A DNA stretch of 64,000 nucleotides from Tubiluchus corallicola (GCA_030141605.1 JAQGDQ010000254.1:62001-126000), one strand, 5' to 3'; counted from the first letter of the stretch, positions 1-15,871 are shown. Translations and numbers: made by a program. The notes: a model not told the origin generated them from the sequence alone.

Positions 1-3000
1 AGTCCTTCTCATACCATTTAATAAATGTACTAATGCAAAATTAAAACCGTGTTTTTACATACTGTTCGTTGATATCAGATGCGTTTATACTAGGACGAAT
101 AATTGTGGGTCTGTATCTTAGATTAGTAAAAATCTACCGTTAGCTGAAATGTAGCTGGATGGTTCAGTGGCTCGCTTTAGAGGGATGTCTTTTTTAATGA
201 CCCAGGCTCTGATCAAACAAAAAATCTCATTGAGTAAGCCCTGCCTTTGGACCTCCAATTTCGCCACATCCAATTCTAACTAAATTTCTAAGCATTTTAT
301 CTACTAGGATGCATGTTTATTTGATCACATCTAGATTTATTGCTCTGTATTACACGAATCCCATCAGAATTTAGCAGGATCAGTCAAGGTATTCAAAGCT
401 AGAAGAAATGCGGTTTGAGTAACGAAAAAGTTACAGATTTCGCTTAAAACGAACATTCGTGTTAATTCGTTGTGGAACAGATCAACTCTAAATAAGCAAA
501 GTTGTTTAGATTCTGTAACAAAAAAATTGTAAGGATTTTGCTTCTCTCAAGTTTTTGTCTAAATATTTACTTTTCAATAAATGTTTGATACGTAGCTTAC
601 CAATGCACTTACGCTTTGCTTTACCAAACAGTACACTAGATGGTGCGTGCATGATCATGTCGGTCATCAATCTTACTGGGCAACAATGGTCCCCAATGGT
701 CCCAAATGCTCTAATATTTTCGCTTATCATTTCATACTGGTAGTTAAAAAGGGTTACTGCCAAAGACTGTAGTGACAAATTCAATCCTGGTGCAATTTTG
801 TTCGTCAATTTTCAACATAATCAGCGGACAGAACAAATTTTTATTCTCAATTTGATTGAAAGAAACTCGAAAATTAAAAACTAAACACAAAGTTACAGTT
901 CAAAGAACATGAAACTAAAAATGCTATCAGTTTGCGAAAAAAGTTTAGCAGCAAGAGCGGTCCTGTACTATACGAAACTGTATAATGCTGCGCCATGACT
1001 TTAGGGATTATATATGAAATAGAAAAGATAAATTACGAACCATGCATTGCCAGCCACTAGCACGCCATTTTAAATACAAATCTCACAAAGCTACTATCGC
1101 TGCCTATTTGCCCAAATACAGGTTTCGAATACTAGGAAAATTCAAAATATGCACGAAAAGCTCTTGAGATACCTATCGTCTACATGAAAACCAGAGTGCG
1201 CAATAGACCTAAAAATGAAACAGGTAATTAAATTATAAGAAACTGTTTGCTATAGAGTAAACTGAGAGCTAAAGCCATCGAAGTAGTTGATTGATGTAGA
1301 CAATGAATCGTATCGTACCAATATAAAAACAGTACTTAACATCAGTTGCAAGTTTGTTGTGATAAGCGCTACATTCTGGCTTGTTGTGTGCCGAACTGCA
1401 TAAAAAAGTGAAGATTACGAACTAATCCCGAATAAAAAACATCTGGTTACTATTTTTTTCTACCCGACTGCGATTGTGACGTCACGTCATTTGCAACATT
1501 AAAAACTATTAAAAACTTATGACAGGAAGAACAACGAGAACGAAAACAACATCACAGCAAAACAGACCTTCTTATATTTTTGCTTATCAACCATGGCTTT
1601 AGCTATTCGCTAATACAGTTACCCTAAATGCAAAACAGTTTTTGCTTACTTAGTTCTCAGTTTACCCATGGCAGCGCACTTGTTCTTTACAGTCGTTCGT
1701 CTTAATAATTATGGTGCTTTCTTTCAGTGAACGTTCTTGCGTTTTGTACTCTCAGGGTTACTAAAACAGCGAGCACCGTACCTGAAACAACTACATGCAG
1801 TACAGTCTCTACAAAAAATATTAAAATTGAACTCAAAATTTGGGCCCCATTCATAAAACATAATACCGTATCACTGTTATTTCAGCATTTCTAACAAAGA
1901 GGCGCTTCATTAATGGTCTTGCATTTGCGATGAATTAGTTTTGCATTTTTGGGTTACTTGCTTGCAATGCAACTCTATAAACAGATCTTTTCGTCATGAA
2001 ACGTGTGGATTTATCGAACTAACGTGCGGGTAATAATAATAATCGGGACCATCTTAGAAATAAGTATTGAGTTACCTAGGGTACTGTCCCCGGACTAATG
2101 TCCTAAATGAAATTATTATTATTATATTATTATCCGGGGTTTTTCTCGGTGACTCTGTAAGACGACCCCAGCCTGTAAAAACGAGTCCCTCAGTCCCCCC
2201 GCTTGTTGGTAGGCAGCCTTGACGTTACTCCTGGGTTTAATAAGTGCTGACAAGGAAACAGGTTACGTGGCTGCACTGTGTACATTGAAGCCACACAATC
2301 CCAGTCAAAATTTCATTAATAGCGTTTTAATTTCAGAATAATATAACGTATTTCTATCAGCCGCAGCGTTTAAACAAGCATGGATTTAAAATCAAGAAAG
2401 CAACAGCACATCGACTATATTAAAGCTAGACAAAGTTTGTATTCCAACGCTGAGAGCTACAGAAAATAGTGAAAACATATAATTTCCAACTATATACACA
2501 TGTGCAAGATGGCTAAGAAAAAACATCACTGTTTCGTTAATATAAAAAACGAACCTGTTGGCCTACAAAGCCATTTTTAAAATATTATTAAAATTTTTAA
2601 GCACTAAGACTTCATAACTCAAGCTGCCATTACCGCCATTAATTATTATCGTATTAGTACAGTGCATTTAGTATACTTCAGTTAGTACTTAGTTATTATG
2701 AACCTATTTAACTTAACCAAGTCCAACTAATACATTCAAAGTTTTACGAAATCTCCTTACATTTTTGAAAACAGGATTTGAATACACACGCGCGCATGGC
2801 AAATTTGGTAAAACTTTGAGCATAATCTAAATTAACTACTACTAAATTTTACTTAGTATCGTATGCGACAAAATGGTTCCTTCAGCCATGATGCAGCTAC
2901 AATGGTCAAGGAATTTGTCTCAAAAAGCAGTGACCGACTTCATAAAACAAACCGCATAGCTAAAGGAGCTCCATCTACAGTCCATTCTAGTACTTAACAT

Positions 3001-3625
3001 AACTTTATCAACTAGCGGTACTAACTATAACTTAATTACATTGTTAAGCACGTAACGAAAAGCACGCAGCAGCTTGAGTGTGAAGTAAAATTTGCAAACA
3101 TTTTCTGCTCACAAAAAATAATAATCAAAATTCGGGATTTTGATAAGCGTTTATAATGCTTGACGACAGTGATTGAAATTTTTGACCACTTTACAATAAT
3201 TATACAAATTGCATAAAGCTTAGTAAGTTGTAATCTAGCTAATTCTGCTTTCAAGGTCTGAAAACATGACTGTCTTTACATGCCACTAGATTTAGCTAAA
3301 ATTGCAAATCAGTGCAATGGACGTTCTAATCCATTTTTTATGCAATCGACAAAATTTTTTAGAAGTTTGACATGTTCAGGTTCCAAATAATTAAAACTGG
3401 TATGTCATGGTGGCAAAGGTGGAACCTGTTTGTTCTTGTCAGCACTAACAGAATAACGGAGTTTTCAAAAAGTTTGGTGGCACATCCTCGTCTTACTGTC
3501 GGGTTTAAAAACGTACATTGTGCAACAAAGGGTTTCTGAAGAGAAGTGTGTGCTGCAAGGTGCACGCATGCACGCACATATAACAATCATTCTGCAACAT
3601 AAACCTCACAAAACAATTTATATAC

Positions 3626-5011
3626 TGTTATGAATAAATTTCGGAAAATAAATTTCGGTAAATAATTGAGTTATCAGATGAATTAGATTCAGATGATAAA
3701 CTCACGCCTCCCTGATTTTGCCAAGGAAATTTATACAGTTAAATAGGAAACTCATCCAGCTGGCGCTCGAATTTAATTAGTTAAAATTGTCACACGATTG
3801 TAGAAGGACAGGTGTAGGATTTGAGAAGACACTGTTGTTTAAGCAGAATACATGCAGAGTAGAAGACGATTAGTAGAAGGTCAGTAGCGATTAGTTGTCG
3901 CGTGCAAGGAAGATAATTGAGAGAGCCAAGGTCTAGTATCAGTGCTCATCGAACATTAAGATGAAATCAAAAGTTATGCCACCCAGATGGTGCGGAAGAA
4001 GTCAAAGCGGCGGGATTTAAAAAAGTCATTATTGGTTATAAAATCAGAAAGTGAAAGGAATTGCCGCTGTCCAGGAGGTAGGATGTTGCCAGATGGTGCA
4101 ATACAGCGAAGGTCAGACCTTCGAAATATAAGCTTTGGAAAAATATTCCAAAGACACACACACGCTCAACGAGGAGGAGAGTCTGACCGTGGTTGCTGCC
4201 ATATTGTGTTGTGTCCGAGACGACTTCTGCAAGCCAAGAAGAAACGTTTGCCCAGCGTAGAAGAAGAATCTGCGTACTTAGCATTGACTGAGCACTGGTG
4301 CTACGTAGTCTCGATAGGAAACAGGGATTTGGCCAATAGTAGTGGTACATTAGTCAATCCACAAGTTAAGTGTTTTAACTTATCTATTTGGTATTTGGTA
4401 TCTGATACAGTTGTAACCGAAACGTTGTATGAATTAAGCACCTTCAGTGCATCATACCAATATCGTAAATCATTAAGTGAATAGCGTCTTCTCTGGAGCT
4501 AGACCAAATCTTGTATTGGAACCAGAGGTGATTAAATTGTAAACTGTGAAGTTCAATAAAGTCTATTTGCTGTATTAACGTAGACATACAGTTTGTGAAT
4601 GTTTAAAGCGTTATCGGTAACTTGCAATCGCAACACTAAATCCTTGATACGAACCTAAGGAGATTCGCAGTGTACATAAGAGCTCAATTGCGGGAGCTAA
4701 GCTTGTAAACTTGAGGGATAAAGATCTGACTCACAACGCAAGGTCAATGTGAAAGTCGTGTAGGACAAGATCATTGCGTTAGCGACTTAACTAAAGCCCT
4801 CGGAGTCGGGTAATCGATAACCGATCAATTACCTGGAAGCGATCGATAAGCGAATCTAAAACATCAATTAATTCAATCATTCAAGGTCACTCGATACGGC
4901 AAATTACTATACGATCACATTATTGAGTGAGAACTTGATAATACCCTATTGCTTGCGTAAAAATTTCGTTTGGTTTTGACATCCCCGGCCAGGACAAGCA
5001 CACAAATCACA
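3626..5011 (+). mobile_element. Probable long solo LTR
   Basis: TGT...ACA termini, internal AATAAA near 4555, composition distinct from flanks; no TSD found. Confidence 0.35.
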
Positions 5012-5729
5012 TTCTAATACTATTAATGAAAACATTAATAATTTACGGACAAACTATTTATACGCGGAAATAAGGAATTTTTAACGCATTCATAATAATA
5101 TTAATAATATAATTATATACAGATAATTTAGATGGTAGAGTATTTGGGCATGAAGCGGTAACTCTTCAGTAATAGTACGTTTGAAGTTTGATAACATAGG
5201 CTTCCAAGAATTGTTTTGTGTAATTAACAAAAAACATTAATGCAAGCATCACTAATGGCTGCGCAAATTTTAACCAGGCAATTTTTTTGAAATTCTAAAA
5301 TGCCGTAAAATTAAATGATGTCCGACTTAAACGCACTGAATGAGTATAAAGTGGCATTTACCAGACATCTGAATGCGTTACGCGTTATCCACCTGCGGCA
5401 TAGCTGTGTAATAAAAAATCAACAGGAAATAGCTGCAGAAAAAATAGCGCATATCGCAGGTGTGACAAACGGGTGCATTGAAAACAACAAAAACCAATTT
5501 TATCTATTCCGCATTCGCATAACGCATACGGGTGTCTGACAAACGCCACTTTAGACTGTTTCATTGATAATGTTGGTGAATAAGAATCGGAGCGATTGAA
5601 AGTAGTAGTGAGAACAAGTGTGAAAGAAAGAGAGATGGTGAAGAATAATAGAGAAATCAAAAAGAATGAAAAGGAAGTAGATAAACAGGAAGAAATAGTA
5701 AGAGATAGACGTGTTAGGGGAGAGGTAGG

Positions 5730-5950
5730 GAAGGGGAGAGAGAGGCAGACGAAGAGACAGACAAACAAACAGATGGATGGGCGGCTATTAGACAGACATA
5801 GAGACAGACGAACGGACAAACAGACAGATAGACAGCCAGGCAGACGGACGGACTAACAAACAGACAGAGAGACAGACAAAGGCAAAGACAGAGAGAAAGA
5901 GAGTGGGAGAGAAAGTGATGGAGAAAGAGACAGAAAGAGCGAGAGCGCGA

Positions 5951-5995
<45 letters not shown>
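5730..5995. repeat. (GACA)n-like and (GA)n microsatellite
   Basis: Visible tandem repeats. Confidence 0.9.
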
Positions 5996-5997
<2 letters not shown>

Positions 5998-6369
5998 CTA
6001 TACAAATATCTAAATATCTGCTATCACACAATACACTTGTGATCTGACCTGTTGGATGTTGACCTCCAACTCTCACCCTCCCAAAGATGGTTCTGAGTAC
6101 AGAAATCTCTTGCCTGATACCTTGAACCCCGAACAGGGCGGAATCTACCTCGTAATTAGCTTGACCACCTTGTCTCAGTGGCTTTCCATTTTCACGACTA
6201 GCTATCCAGTTCCTGTCGCAGCAGAATGGCTCTAAGTGACAGGCTTATTTGTTTTGTTTGTCTCTATCGTAAATTCAAAGCCTGTAAAAAGCTTAACCTC
6301 CCAGTTACCGAAAATTTTACTGTAAACTCGATTATAATGATATTGTACTGCAGGGCTGTGATGAGATAG

Positions 6370-6713
6370 TGTAATACTGGCAAGGGAATACAGCAGACTT
6401 CTTATTCTGACCTTGTGTTAGTAGGAGCCACTAGTCACGTGCACACCTGAGCTTATAAAAAGGGTAGGTCTGCGGTAGATCCTTGTCAGTGGTCGTCTCA
6501 TCTCAGCTCTGTTCACATTTCAGGCTCTGCTCTATTCTACTCTGTTCGGTAAGCTATTTGGAATATTTTATAATAAATTGTCATTTTGATTTTATTATTC
6601 ATTTTGGTTTTGGTTTGGCATTGAATTAGTTGAGACATGCAGCACGGTGTAGGCCGCGGTGCCATCCGTTCTGCCTCCATTAAAAGCGGAGAGCAGTCCA
6701 ATATCTTGAGACA
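6370..6713 (+). mobile_element. Solo LTR (Gypsy-like), 344 bp
   Basis: TGTAA...GACA termini, TATAAAA and AATAAA inside, near-TSD ATAG/TTAG; a related copy starts at 36923. Confidence 0.6.
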
Positions 6714-8812
6714 TTAGGTCTGCAAATGCTTCTTTTGAGAAACGTACTGTATTGCAGTCTACTGAGGTGTTAATACCCTTGATGGGAACATAGATTTAGC
6801 TGGGGGTGGGGGGTGGGGGGTGGGGGGTGTTGGGGGTGGGGGGGAATTCAAAGTTCAACAGCACACAAAACCTATACAGACGTGGGATCACAGCAGACGG
6901 CAATTAACGTCGTGTGGGCTGCATCACGTGTGACGACAAAACCTTTTTGACGAGAAAAGTTTTTTGAAATAAGCCAAAACATTTATAAACACTTAACATA
7001 TTTTTGTTATGATAACAGATTTTACATGCGTCCCTTTATGCTGCCTTTCACAGCCACTTTGCTAACTACTAAGTTCTTAACAATTTTTTTAAGTTGATGC
7101 AGCCCACCCTTTAAATGCCGCTCACCCTTCTGGCGTGGCTGAATTTCACAGCATAACACTCGGCTTCTTTGATAGAATCCAGTGCTTAAAAGGCGCATTA
7201 CAGCCATTTTTTAGATAAGCAGCCTATTCCGTATTTTGGATTCGAGTAAAAACAATTAGTAGTTGAGAAAATCGGTTGTTACAAAAAATATTTGTAAAAC
7301 AATAGCGGAAATAGAAGATGGCGTCTCCAGTGATATAAATATAGCAATTAGCTTAGTAATAATCTATTTCTATGGGAGCAACGCGGTATTTCTAACACAT
7401 ATTCTGGTACCACTGAACGCCTTACAGCTGTGACCTCTGAAGGAAGAAGATGCGATGAAGGAGACCCTCTGCGGATCCTCGGTTGGGGATTCGCTGGCAG
7501 AGATCCCATGTCATTAGCATTCGTAGTCAGCAGTTTGTCGTCAGTTTTATTGTTGACGTCACAGCTTCAAGAATAGACCTCTGCAATTCTGGCAAAACAT
7601 CCATAGTTCCTCCTCCTGAGACTTGATCGTCGGCATAGTAGCATTATTTCTCTGAAGCAAAAAAGAAATATTCTCATTCAAATCTTGCATGTACGGAAAT
7701 TTTTACACAAAACTAAATACGTACATTTTAAATAAAAATTTCGAATAATTTTAAAATTCCACTTTAGAGTCTAGTATCGACAATAAGCTAGCCGACTGCT
7801 AGCGACCAAACAGTTTATGAGCCTTATACATTAATTATTAATAAACCCTTAAACACTGCAAAGGAAAGTGGTGCAAAAATTTGCAAATTTCATTTCACGT
7901 AAATTCATTACATTAGTTCATCTTATGAAAGCGTTTTAATCAATTTATTTAAAGATTTCAAAGTTAAGTGCAATTTAAAAACGCTTTTGCTGTGCATATA
8001 TATATATACACACATTACTTCGTAGCACACTCTTCGTTAACTAAGCAAAGGTTTAAATTAAAATATATTGTCAATAATATCAATATGTTTTTTTGTAAAT
8101 TAGTGGTGCACACTGGGATGGCGATGCAGTGCTGTATTACCAAGTGGCGCGAACATTTTAAATTATTAAGAACTTCCTTTTCCAATTACTAAGTATTTCA
8201 AACTTGTAAGTTAATGCTAAGTAATATAAGTTTGTGAGGAAACTTCTTTGGAATATACTTTAAAATCTCCTTTACTTCCAATTCAAATGCTTCGTGGTAG
8301 CCTACTTGTTTTCCCCAAACTGCGTTTTCAAATAAAGAATAAAATAAAAAATAGATTTAGCCTGTTTTTACAGTCACTGAAGAACTAAGTTAACTAAATG
8401 TTATAACTAATGCATTAACAAAATCACAAATTATTCATTAAAAATAATGGTATTAAACTTAAAGTCAGGAAATGTTGAAATACAATTTAGATTGAAACCA
8501 GGGACCGTCTGCTCACACTGCAGATGCCTTTGAACTAAACTCGCCCACTGAATGGTCTGCTTTATCGACAAATATTAAACGATAATAAAAGTAAAGGGGT
8601 ATTAAGTAAGCTGCATGTGTATAGTGAAGGATGTCGCTTCTATTTAGCTTCACTCGAAATTTTATAATCTGTGTTTCTCTCGTGTTTTTATCTGCTGTGC
8701 AAATTAGTTTTATTATTAAAAAAATTAAAGTGGGGGCACCAGAAAATAGATAGGCAGGGTGCCCCCTGTAGAAACTTGATACATGTAGTTGGCTATATAG
8801 ATTGACTGAATT

Positions 8813-9162
8813 TGTAGAGACCTGGTAGACACATTTAGACGGAATTATGAGTGGTTCGCTCAGGTGGTTGTTGAAATAAGAAGGAAAGACTTCGTTTTAC
8901 TATTTACACATATTAGTATTATTTACAAGAAAGAAAGACACACATGGTGACAACTCAGCAGCAATAATCAGCTAGGAGGAGGAAAAAGCCCAAACTGGCC
9001 TTGGCAGAGCTACTCAAGTCACATGCACCTACTGAGCTTACCTGATTGGCCAGTGAAACTCACTAGCAGAGGTATGTTAACCATATATGGGAAGCTCAGC
9101 AGATGCAGGTGACTGAGTAGCACAAAAGGCCACAACCTTGATTAAACTTGGGTCATGTTACA
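8813..9162 (-). mobile_element. Possible solo LTR
   Basis: TGTAAC...CTACA termini on the minus strand, ~350 bp; no clear TSD. Confidence 0.35.
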
Positions 9163-12100
9163 GTAACAAACAATATGAAATATATGTGGCGGCACATGCG
9201 CTTAACTATTTAGTAGTAGTATTTTCGATTATAAATCGCAAGTGAAACCGTTCATCCATTTCAAGGTGGTGCCCCCCCCTGAATAACCCAATGAATTATT
9301 CATCTGGGTGCATCTAAAATTACGATCATAAATGGATCTAATGGGTGATTCTCTGAAATTAATACGCCTTTGTACTAAAAATCAGATCCAATAGACGTAA
9401 TCTGTGAAATAAATATCGGATTGAACACAAAATAGTGACCAAAAAATCATCATCACTGCCCCAAGAATTTAATTTTGTATTAGGACAAAACGTATTGCAG
9501 ACGTTGTCTTATTGCAAACGTTATTTGGCCTACATGCCTGCACTTTGGCACTTTTTTTTTAATAAATGTTGAAATATTTTGTTTAGATTTACACAATTAA
9601 AGAATAATATTTACAATAGGCGGTACCAGGAACCTGTTTTCGACTTGCTCTCACATTTTTATTGAGTGAGATTCATTTTAAACTGTTGCTTGATCGTGAA
9701 TAGAAACAGGGAAACTATAAACTTCATTAGTCTTTGGTTCGGCTGCAATATAATGTGAATATAATATCTTATACAGCACTTAGCATATAAAAACTTAGCA
9801 ATGATTGTGCTACAACACTTCATACCTTATCTGATCACCAGTAAATTAGTGATTTACTATGACCTATTATGACAAACTGAAAATTGTAGTCAACCTATTC
9901 TTACGGTCAGTCAACATATTTTTTGAAGAAATACATTTTATCATTCAATTTAGCTAATTTCTTTATTTGCCATGTAATTTCATTTTTATGCTGAGGGGGC
10001 CCGAATCTGAAGTGAATCCGATCCTTTGCATTGTGCCCTTTCTTTGTTTTTTATTGTTTTTTTAATGTGGGATTTTATTTATTGTCATCATTCCTCCTCT
10101 CATTAAGAATAACCTGTATTAGCTGCGTATATCACATTTGTAAGCCATACTGTATTTACTTTTGACGTGTACTAATTAAAACGTCTACTTACAATGACGT
10201 GCATTGGCCCGGTAAAATTTAAAATATGGCAAATAATAATTACGTTATTACAATTATAAGTAGCACTTAAAATAAAACAGTAACTTATTAGCACTGAAGG
10301 GGAAAGTATGCTTTGGCTCTGTACTCACAATTCGCTCAAAAGGGCTAAAATGTGGATGTGCTCCAGGTTTTTATACTGCACGGCTTTTCGAGTCATCCAT
10401 TTTCAACTTGGGGTCGCTTGCCTTAACTTTAGTGATGATCTCAAGCCAATGTAGCTTTTCCATCGCTAAGTTGCTTATTCTAAAAAATGATCGAAATTTG
10501 CTCTAATTCAAAGACTATTATGTACATCTAAAGTTAGTTACAAGTATTTTTTTCCAACAAAAACTACTAAAGTAAACTACATGCAACGTGCTTATAAAAT
10601 ACTTGCTAATTATATTTCGTTACACTAACTGAATAAAAGTCCAGCTAATAAAAATTTATACATACATTATTGGTCGATTAATGCGTCTAGGAAGATCAGC
10701 AAAACCAACCGGTAGGTTCAGTAACGGTTCCGTGTTTAGTTCCCACACAACAGGAACGTGAATTAAACCTAACTTCGGCACAACCAATATGACTGAAAAG
10801 TTATCAGGTTGAAACAGTACAGCGTTGACATATGTGGCTTCTGTATGCGCATAGGTCAACACCACTACCAGGGAAGGGTAATGACGCAAAATATTTGCAT
10901 TCACCAGTTCTTATTCTTCCACACTTTTGACATGGATTGTATAGGATATTTTGTAAAGTTTACTCCGCTTGTTGTAAACTTAACACAGGTATTTCTAAAG
11001 TACACCAAAAATACTCTAAAATACCGAGTAAAGTTGTGCATTGAAAGTTAATTTACTGAAAAGATAAAAATGAAATAACTACCACCGCAGGAAAATGAAA
11101 TAGTTTTTTTTTGTAATTTGTAACATATGAGCAATGTAACAAAATTATAATTAAGCAAATCGTATAAAATAGTAAATAACTGTATACATACGTTGTTAAG
11201 CTCGCTGATTTTAGCAGATATAGGACAAAAACTATGACAACCATACTTTCACGCAGAGCACCGTTAACACGGATTCACATTGCAAAACTGTATCAAAGAC
11301 TTATCAACGAATTTTAGGCATTACTATTTATGACAAAAAGGGAAACTAGATTGCATGCAACACAACAGGGACACAACAATTTCATTAAGGGCCATTCAAA
11401 ATTTAAATAATGCATTTTTGGTAATTTTAGTTCAGACCCCCTGGAAAATTACGTAACACCAGTTATGGTACGCACCCCCTCACATTATAAGATTTCATTT
11501 TTTTCCATTACGAAAAACTAAAAGTTTTTGAATTGTATATGTGTTAAATCAATCACCAAAGATTATAGCACTTTTTCATGTTTGTCTAGACACACAAGAC
11601 TATGATGAAATTCAGAAGAGGATTAAGTTAAATACTTATATTTTCTAACTTTTGTTAAGAATATGCTATAAGTAGAGAAGGCTGCAGTTCAGAAAAAGGA
11701 TTGAGTTTTTAATATTTTTCTAAGTCATGTCGTACATATAGTGAAAAACCTGAAAGCACTTAAAGTTAATTAAATTGACTGTCAAAATATATGAATTAAA
11801 CTGAGTTAAAATGTCGTGTTTGCGGTATTAAACGTTTTCAATACATTTTTAAGTATAAAAATTGTGTTTTTAAGACAACTTGTTATCTCATGCCCTATTC
11901 TATGATTAAAGTTTTTATTAACTCTTTATTTACCGTTGTTTATTGTTTCTGCGCTTAACTGTAAATTACTCAAATCGAGCCAGGGTAACTTAAAAAACTT
12001 TCAGGTTAAATTTTTTCAGCCCTTCTTGTGAAATTTACGCTCGTACGCCTGTGTGGGGATTTCGCTTACACTAGGGTATTTTTCCTTGTGCTTATATAGT

Positions 12101-13943
12101 TACATTATCTATATTAATTGATGTACTATTCCAAATTTTCAGAAAACGTGTTATTTATATTATTTATTAACATTTACATCTATAAAACATTTTTTCAAAC
12201 GGAAATAATTTTTGGCATTCGGCGATGCGCCGGATTTAGGTGAAGCGAGGACCAGGCGCGAAACCGTTCTCAATCAATCAGTCTCGATCACGGCTAGAGA
12301 AAAATGAAGACTATTTTAAACAAAATTTAGTGACGAATAATTACTTGTGTTTAAAATGCCACCATTCATAGTGTCTCCTCTAAAAGGCATAATACTACTA
12401 AATAATGTAATGAACACACAGCTCATTGAGCTCAAGGAAAATTAAAAATTTCTTACTGGTAAACAATTATTTTCAGGTGTCTCACATTTAATAAACTAGG
12501 TTTACCTTTGAATGGATTGACTTAATAATTGACAGTACAAAAGGGGTCAGGGTGAAAACTTCTGTCAAGCGGAAATGTCCAGCTTTTTCACGTCAGTAAA
12601 ATTAAAACTTCAAGGTCGCAGATTTGTATAATGTTATATAGGTTAATCAAGGGAGGTCATTCGCTGTACAGGTTCATATCTGGTAAAGCTGAATTCACAT
12701 AGAATTTTTTCACATAAAATTGTAAATTCGTTTAACAGCTTATCTAATGAAATCGCATGCACACAAAGTATAGATGCATTATTCATAAGAAAATGTTGGA
12801 AATGCACTGAGCGATAAAAATGCAAGATAAGATAAGGTAGTAGGTTCAACATTTTTGTTACATATACATATATAAATGACGATTTTATAAGCTGAAGTAA
12901 AAAGTGTAGTGGATCGAACTGAACTACACCGGTTTGGGCTGCTTCAATCCAGTACCCCCTTTCCAAACCTTGCATACTTACTTGCAGCATTGCTCCAACG
13001 ATAGGCAGCAAAGCGATTGTCACTATTGTAGGATTACATGTTTATCGGTGTTTAAAAACAATACTTTATCTTAGTTAAACCACTAATTACGTTATTATAA
13101 ATTCCTTGTATATTTTATTTTTAATCATTAAGTAAGCTTATCACACACATTAATGTTATGTAACAAATTTTAATCATAATTTCGATAGTATGCACTTATG
13201 ATTATTGATAACTTCATGATAACTTTGATAACTTGGATAACTTTACAGGTTACCGAATTTTGTCTGGCCTTGCTTGGGTTTTGCAAAATATACACTAATT
13301 ATTTGAATTTAAGTTATACAACAAAACTTGCATTGGACTAGAAAGTGATATATTGAAAAATTTCATGAAAGCCCGTAAATCTGTTTTACATATAAATTGT
13401 TATAACTAATTAACTGTACGCTCTAAACAGGCATTGTTAAAAAAATGACGAACTTATTTTTCCAAATAAATGTACTAAATAAAGCTACTTCAATGTCCAC
13501 ATGCCATTTTTACATTACAGAAAACAGAATGAGAGTTTTCTGCATTTCATTTTATTTTGAATTTTGGAAAATAAAATTTTTGTTGAAAATAAAATTGGTA
13601 TAAAATTTGTCATGTCTAATGTATCTAAAATGAGGAAAGTGTGACGTAATCGTAGCGAGAGAGCTTAGGAATTTCACTTCATTCGCCTGCCTTTTTGGCG
13701 ACTGAACAATAATTAACGTTGGTGATGTGTTGAAAAGACGATTTACTCATTCAATTGAATGGCACTTGATTGGATTGAAAGTACTGATATTTTAAAAACA
13801 GAGACAGATAGACTTTTAAACAGCTATGACACACCTATCCCACTCTACCTGAAAAAAGTGTAATGCTTAAATTAGTTGACATTAATGAAAGTTACTCGCA
13901 TTAATTTCACCTTAGTCATCGAAAGCCAGAAGAAAACAATCTA

Positions 13944-14044
<101 letters not shown>

Positions 14045-14893
14045 TTTCCACTGTGCCATCACACACACTCTCTCACCATTTGCTCATAAAATAGGTACAT
14101 GCATCTTAAGTAAAAGCTTAAAACCTTACTGGTATCGTTAGCAGAAGCTTCTGCTTAGCAGTTTGGTTTATGGGCTTAAAACTGCAAAAACATTTGCTAG
14201 CGAGGGCTAATTATACCGTGTAAAGTTGCAATCTTTAGGCCTATCTGCTTGTTCTTGGTGCCTAATGTCGGGTAGTACCGTTGTCAGATGGCCTCGGTCT
14301 CAGCGATTTCTGCAATTTCAAAGTGCTTTCGTTTATTTTATTCGTATCCCAAGAAAACGAGCTGTTTAACTAAATAATAACTACTTACCAATTTTCGCAA
14401 CATAAGCCTTGAAGGTCAGGATATTTCCTTCAAATTATCTTCTCAGCAGTTACAGTAATCTTTAATTGATTTAAGTAAACCCGCCTTTGGCTTCTTCCAA
14501 GTTATGTTTCAATTAAAGCTCCATATCTTTTATGAAAGATACGTCAAAATTTGAAAAGTTTGAATCATAAATTAAAGGAGCAGTCACGTAAAGATGACGA
14601 AATATCATTACTTCCGGTTAGTTCCATGTTAGTTTTGTTAAATCTCTTCGTATATACTATAGACACATAGGCCTATGTTTAATAGTAGGCTATATTAATA
14701 ATTAGGCATGGATTCTTTAGGCTTATGTGTGCTCTTGTAGCTTATTAAGTCTCCATAATGCTATTACAATCACTATAAACATGAAATAAAAAAATAAAAA
14801 TTCGGATTACGTCTATTATCTACAATTGTTGCATATCTGAACTTTGCATTGGTGTCATACAATTAGGCCTACAGTAATAAACAATAATTTGAC

Positions 14894-15103
14894 TCATGGG
14901 TAAACCTGTTCAGTTTGATTGCATCGTCGTCTAGGAAAAACAACAGAACTAGTAGTGTGACGTTGATTGGACCCAGCACCGCTAGCAGCTGGGCGATGAT
15001 TGGACTCAACACCTTTTACTACCGCCTGTGAAGTCGCTTGATTGATGGAAAGTTTTGCCCCATTTGAAGGAAATGCGTTTAACATGTTTCCGTTTCTTTT
15101 TAA
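14894..15103 (-). CDS. Candidate last or near-last exon (LKRNGNMLNAFPSNGAK...QTEQVYP*)
   Basis: ttttgcttcgcttgtag acceptor in phase 0; open to TGA at 14894, or spliced at CAG|GT at 14906. Confidence 0.45.
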   Translation of the reverse strand, partial: LKRNGNMLNAFPSNGAKLSINQATSQAVVKGVESNHRPAASGAGSNQRHTTSSVVFPRRRCNQTEQVYP

Positions 15104-15871
15104 CTACAAGCGAAGCAAAATAATTATGTCTTAAAGTTGGTGAGTGTAATTTTGAAAACTCAGTAAGTTGACACAGCTTGATCATAGATAAACAATGAAT
15201 CTACGTGTCTAGAATAATTGCTAATTCTAGCTAGGCCACGTAGTTTTAGTTTTACAGCCACTCAATGCAAAAGCGGTGATAAAGATACCACCTAAGAAAG
15301 GAACGGCCTGCCAGCATCCATCCTGATTAGATCTACATTCAGTATCTTAAGGAGAGGGCCAAAATTACACATTAAAATTAATTTACAATTGAGATTAGGG
15401 AAAAAATTAAATTAGGAAATCACGAAAAGGTATCCATCTTAAGTAAGGATCAAAATAGATCAGAATCACCATTCGTCAGTAAACATTGGTCGATTGACTG
15501 ACTCAGACTGAATTTACAAATTTATTGATTCTGACATTAGATTTTACAGCATGATTTAAAAATTTAAATTGTAACAAAATTACAACTGATTTGAAATAAA
15601 GCAAATGAAAATGGACTCAAGATTCGAATACTAAAAAACAGTCGGATAACGTGGTAGCATGGAAAACAACGTAATTTTAAGAGCTAATTTTGAGACTCAG
15701 TGTATACAGAAAAACACAAACCTATTTTACAGCGATAATTTATAACATGAAAATGTAAAAAAAAGGTGGCGGAAATTATCAGAGTGGGCGACTTGCGTTT
15801 ACGAATTTCCACTTACAATTTCATAGGCAAAGCACAAGTCATCTTAACTTTAATCTCCCATGTTTACTTAC

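Noticed and set aside
3987-4484. 165-aa ORF
   Set aside because: No recognisable motif; lies in probable LTR sequence; likely chance.
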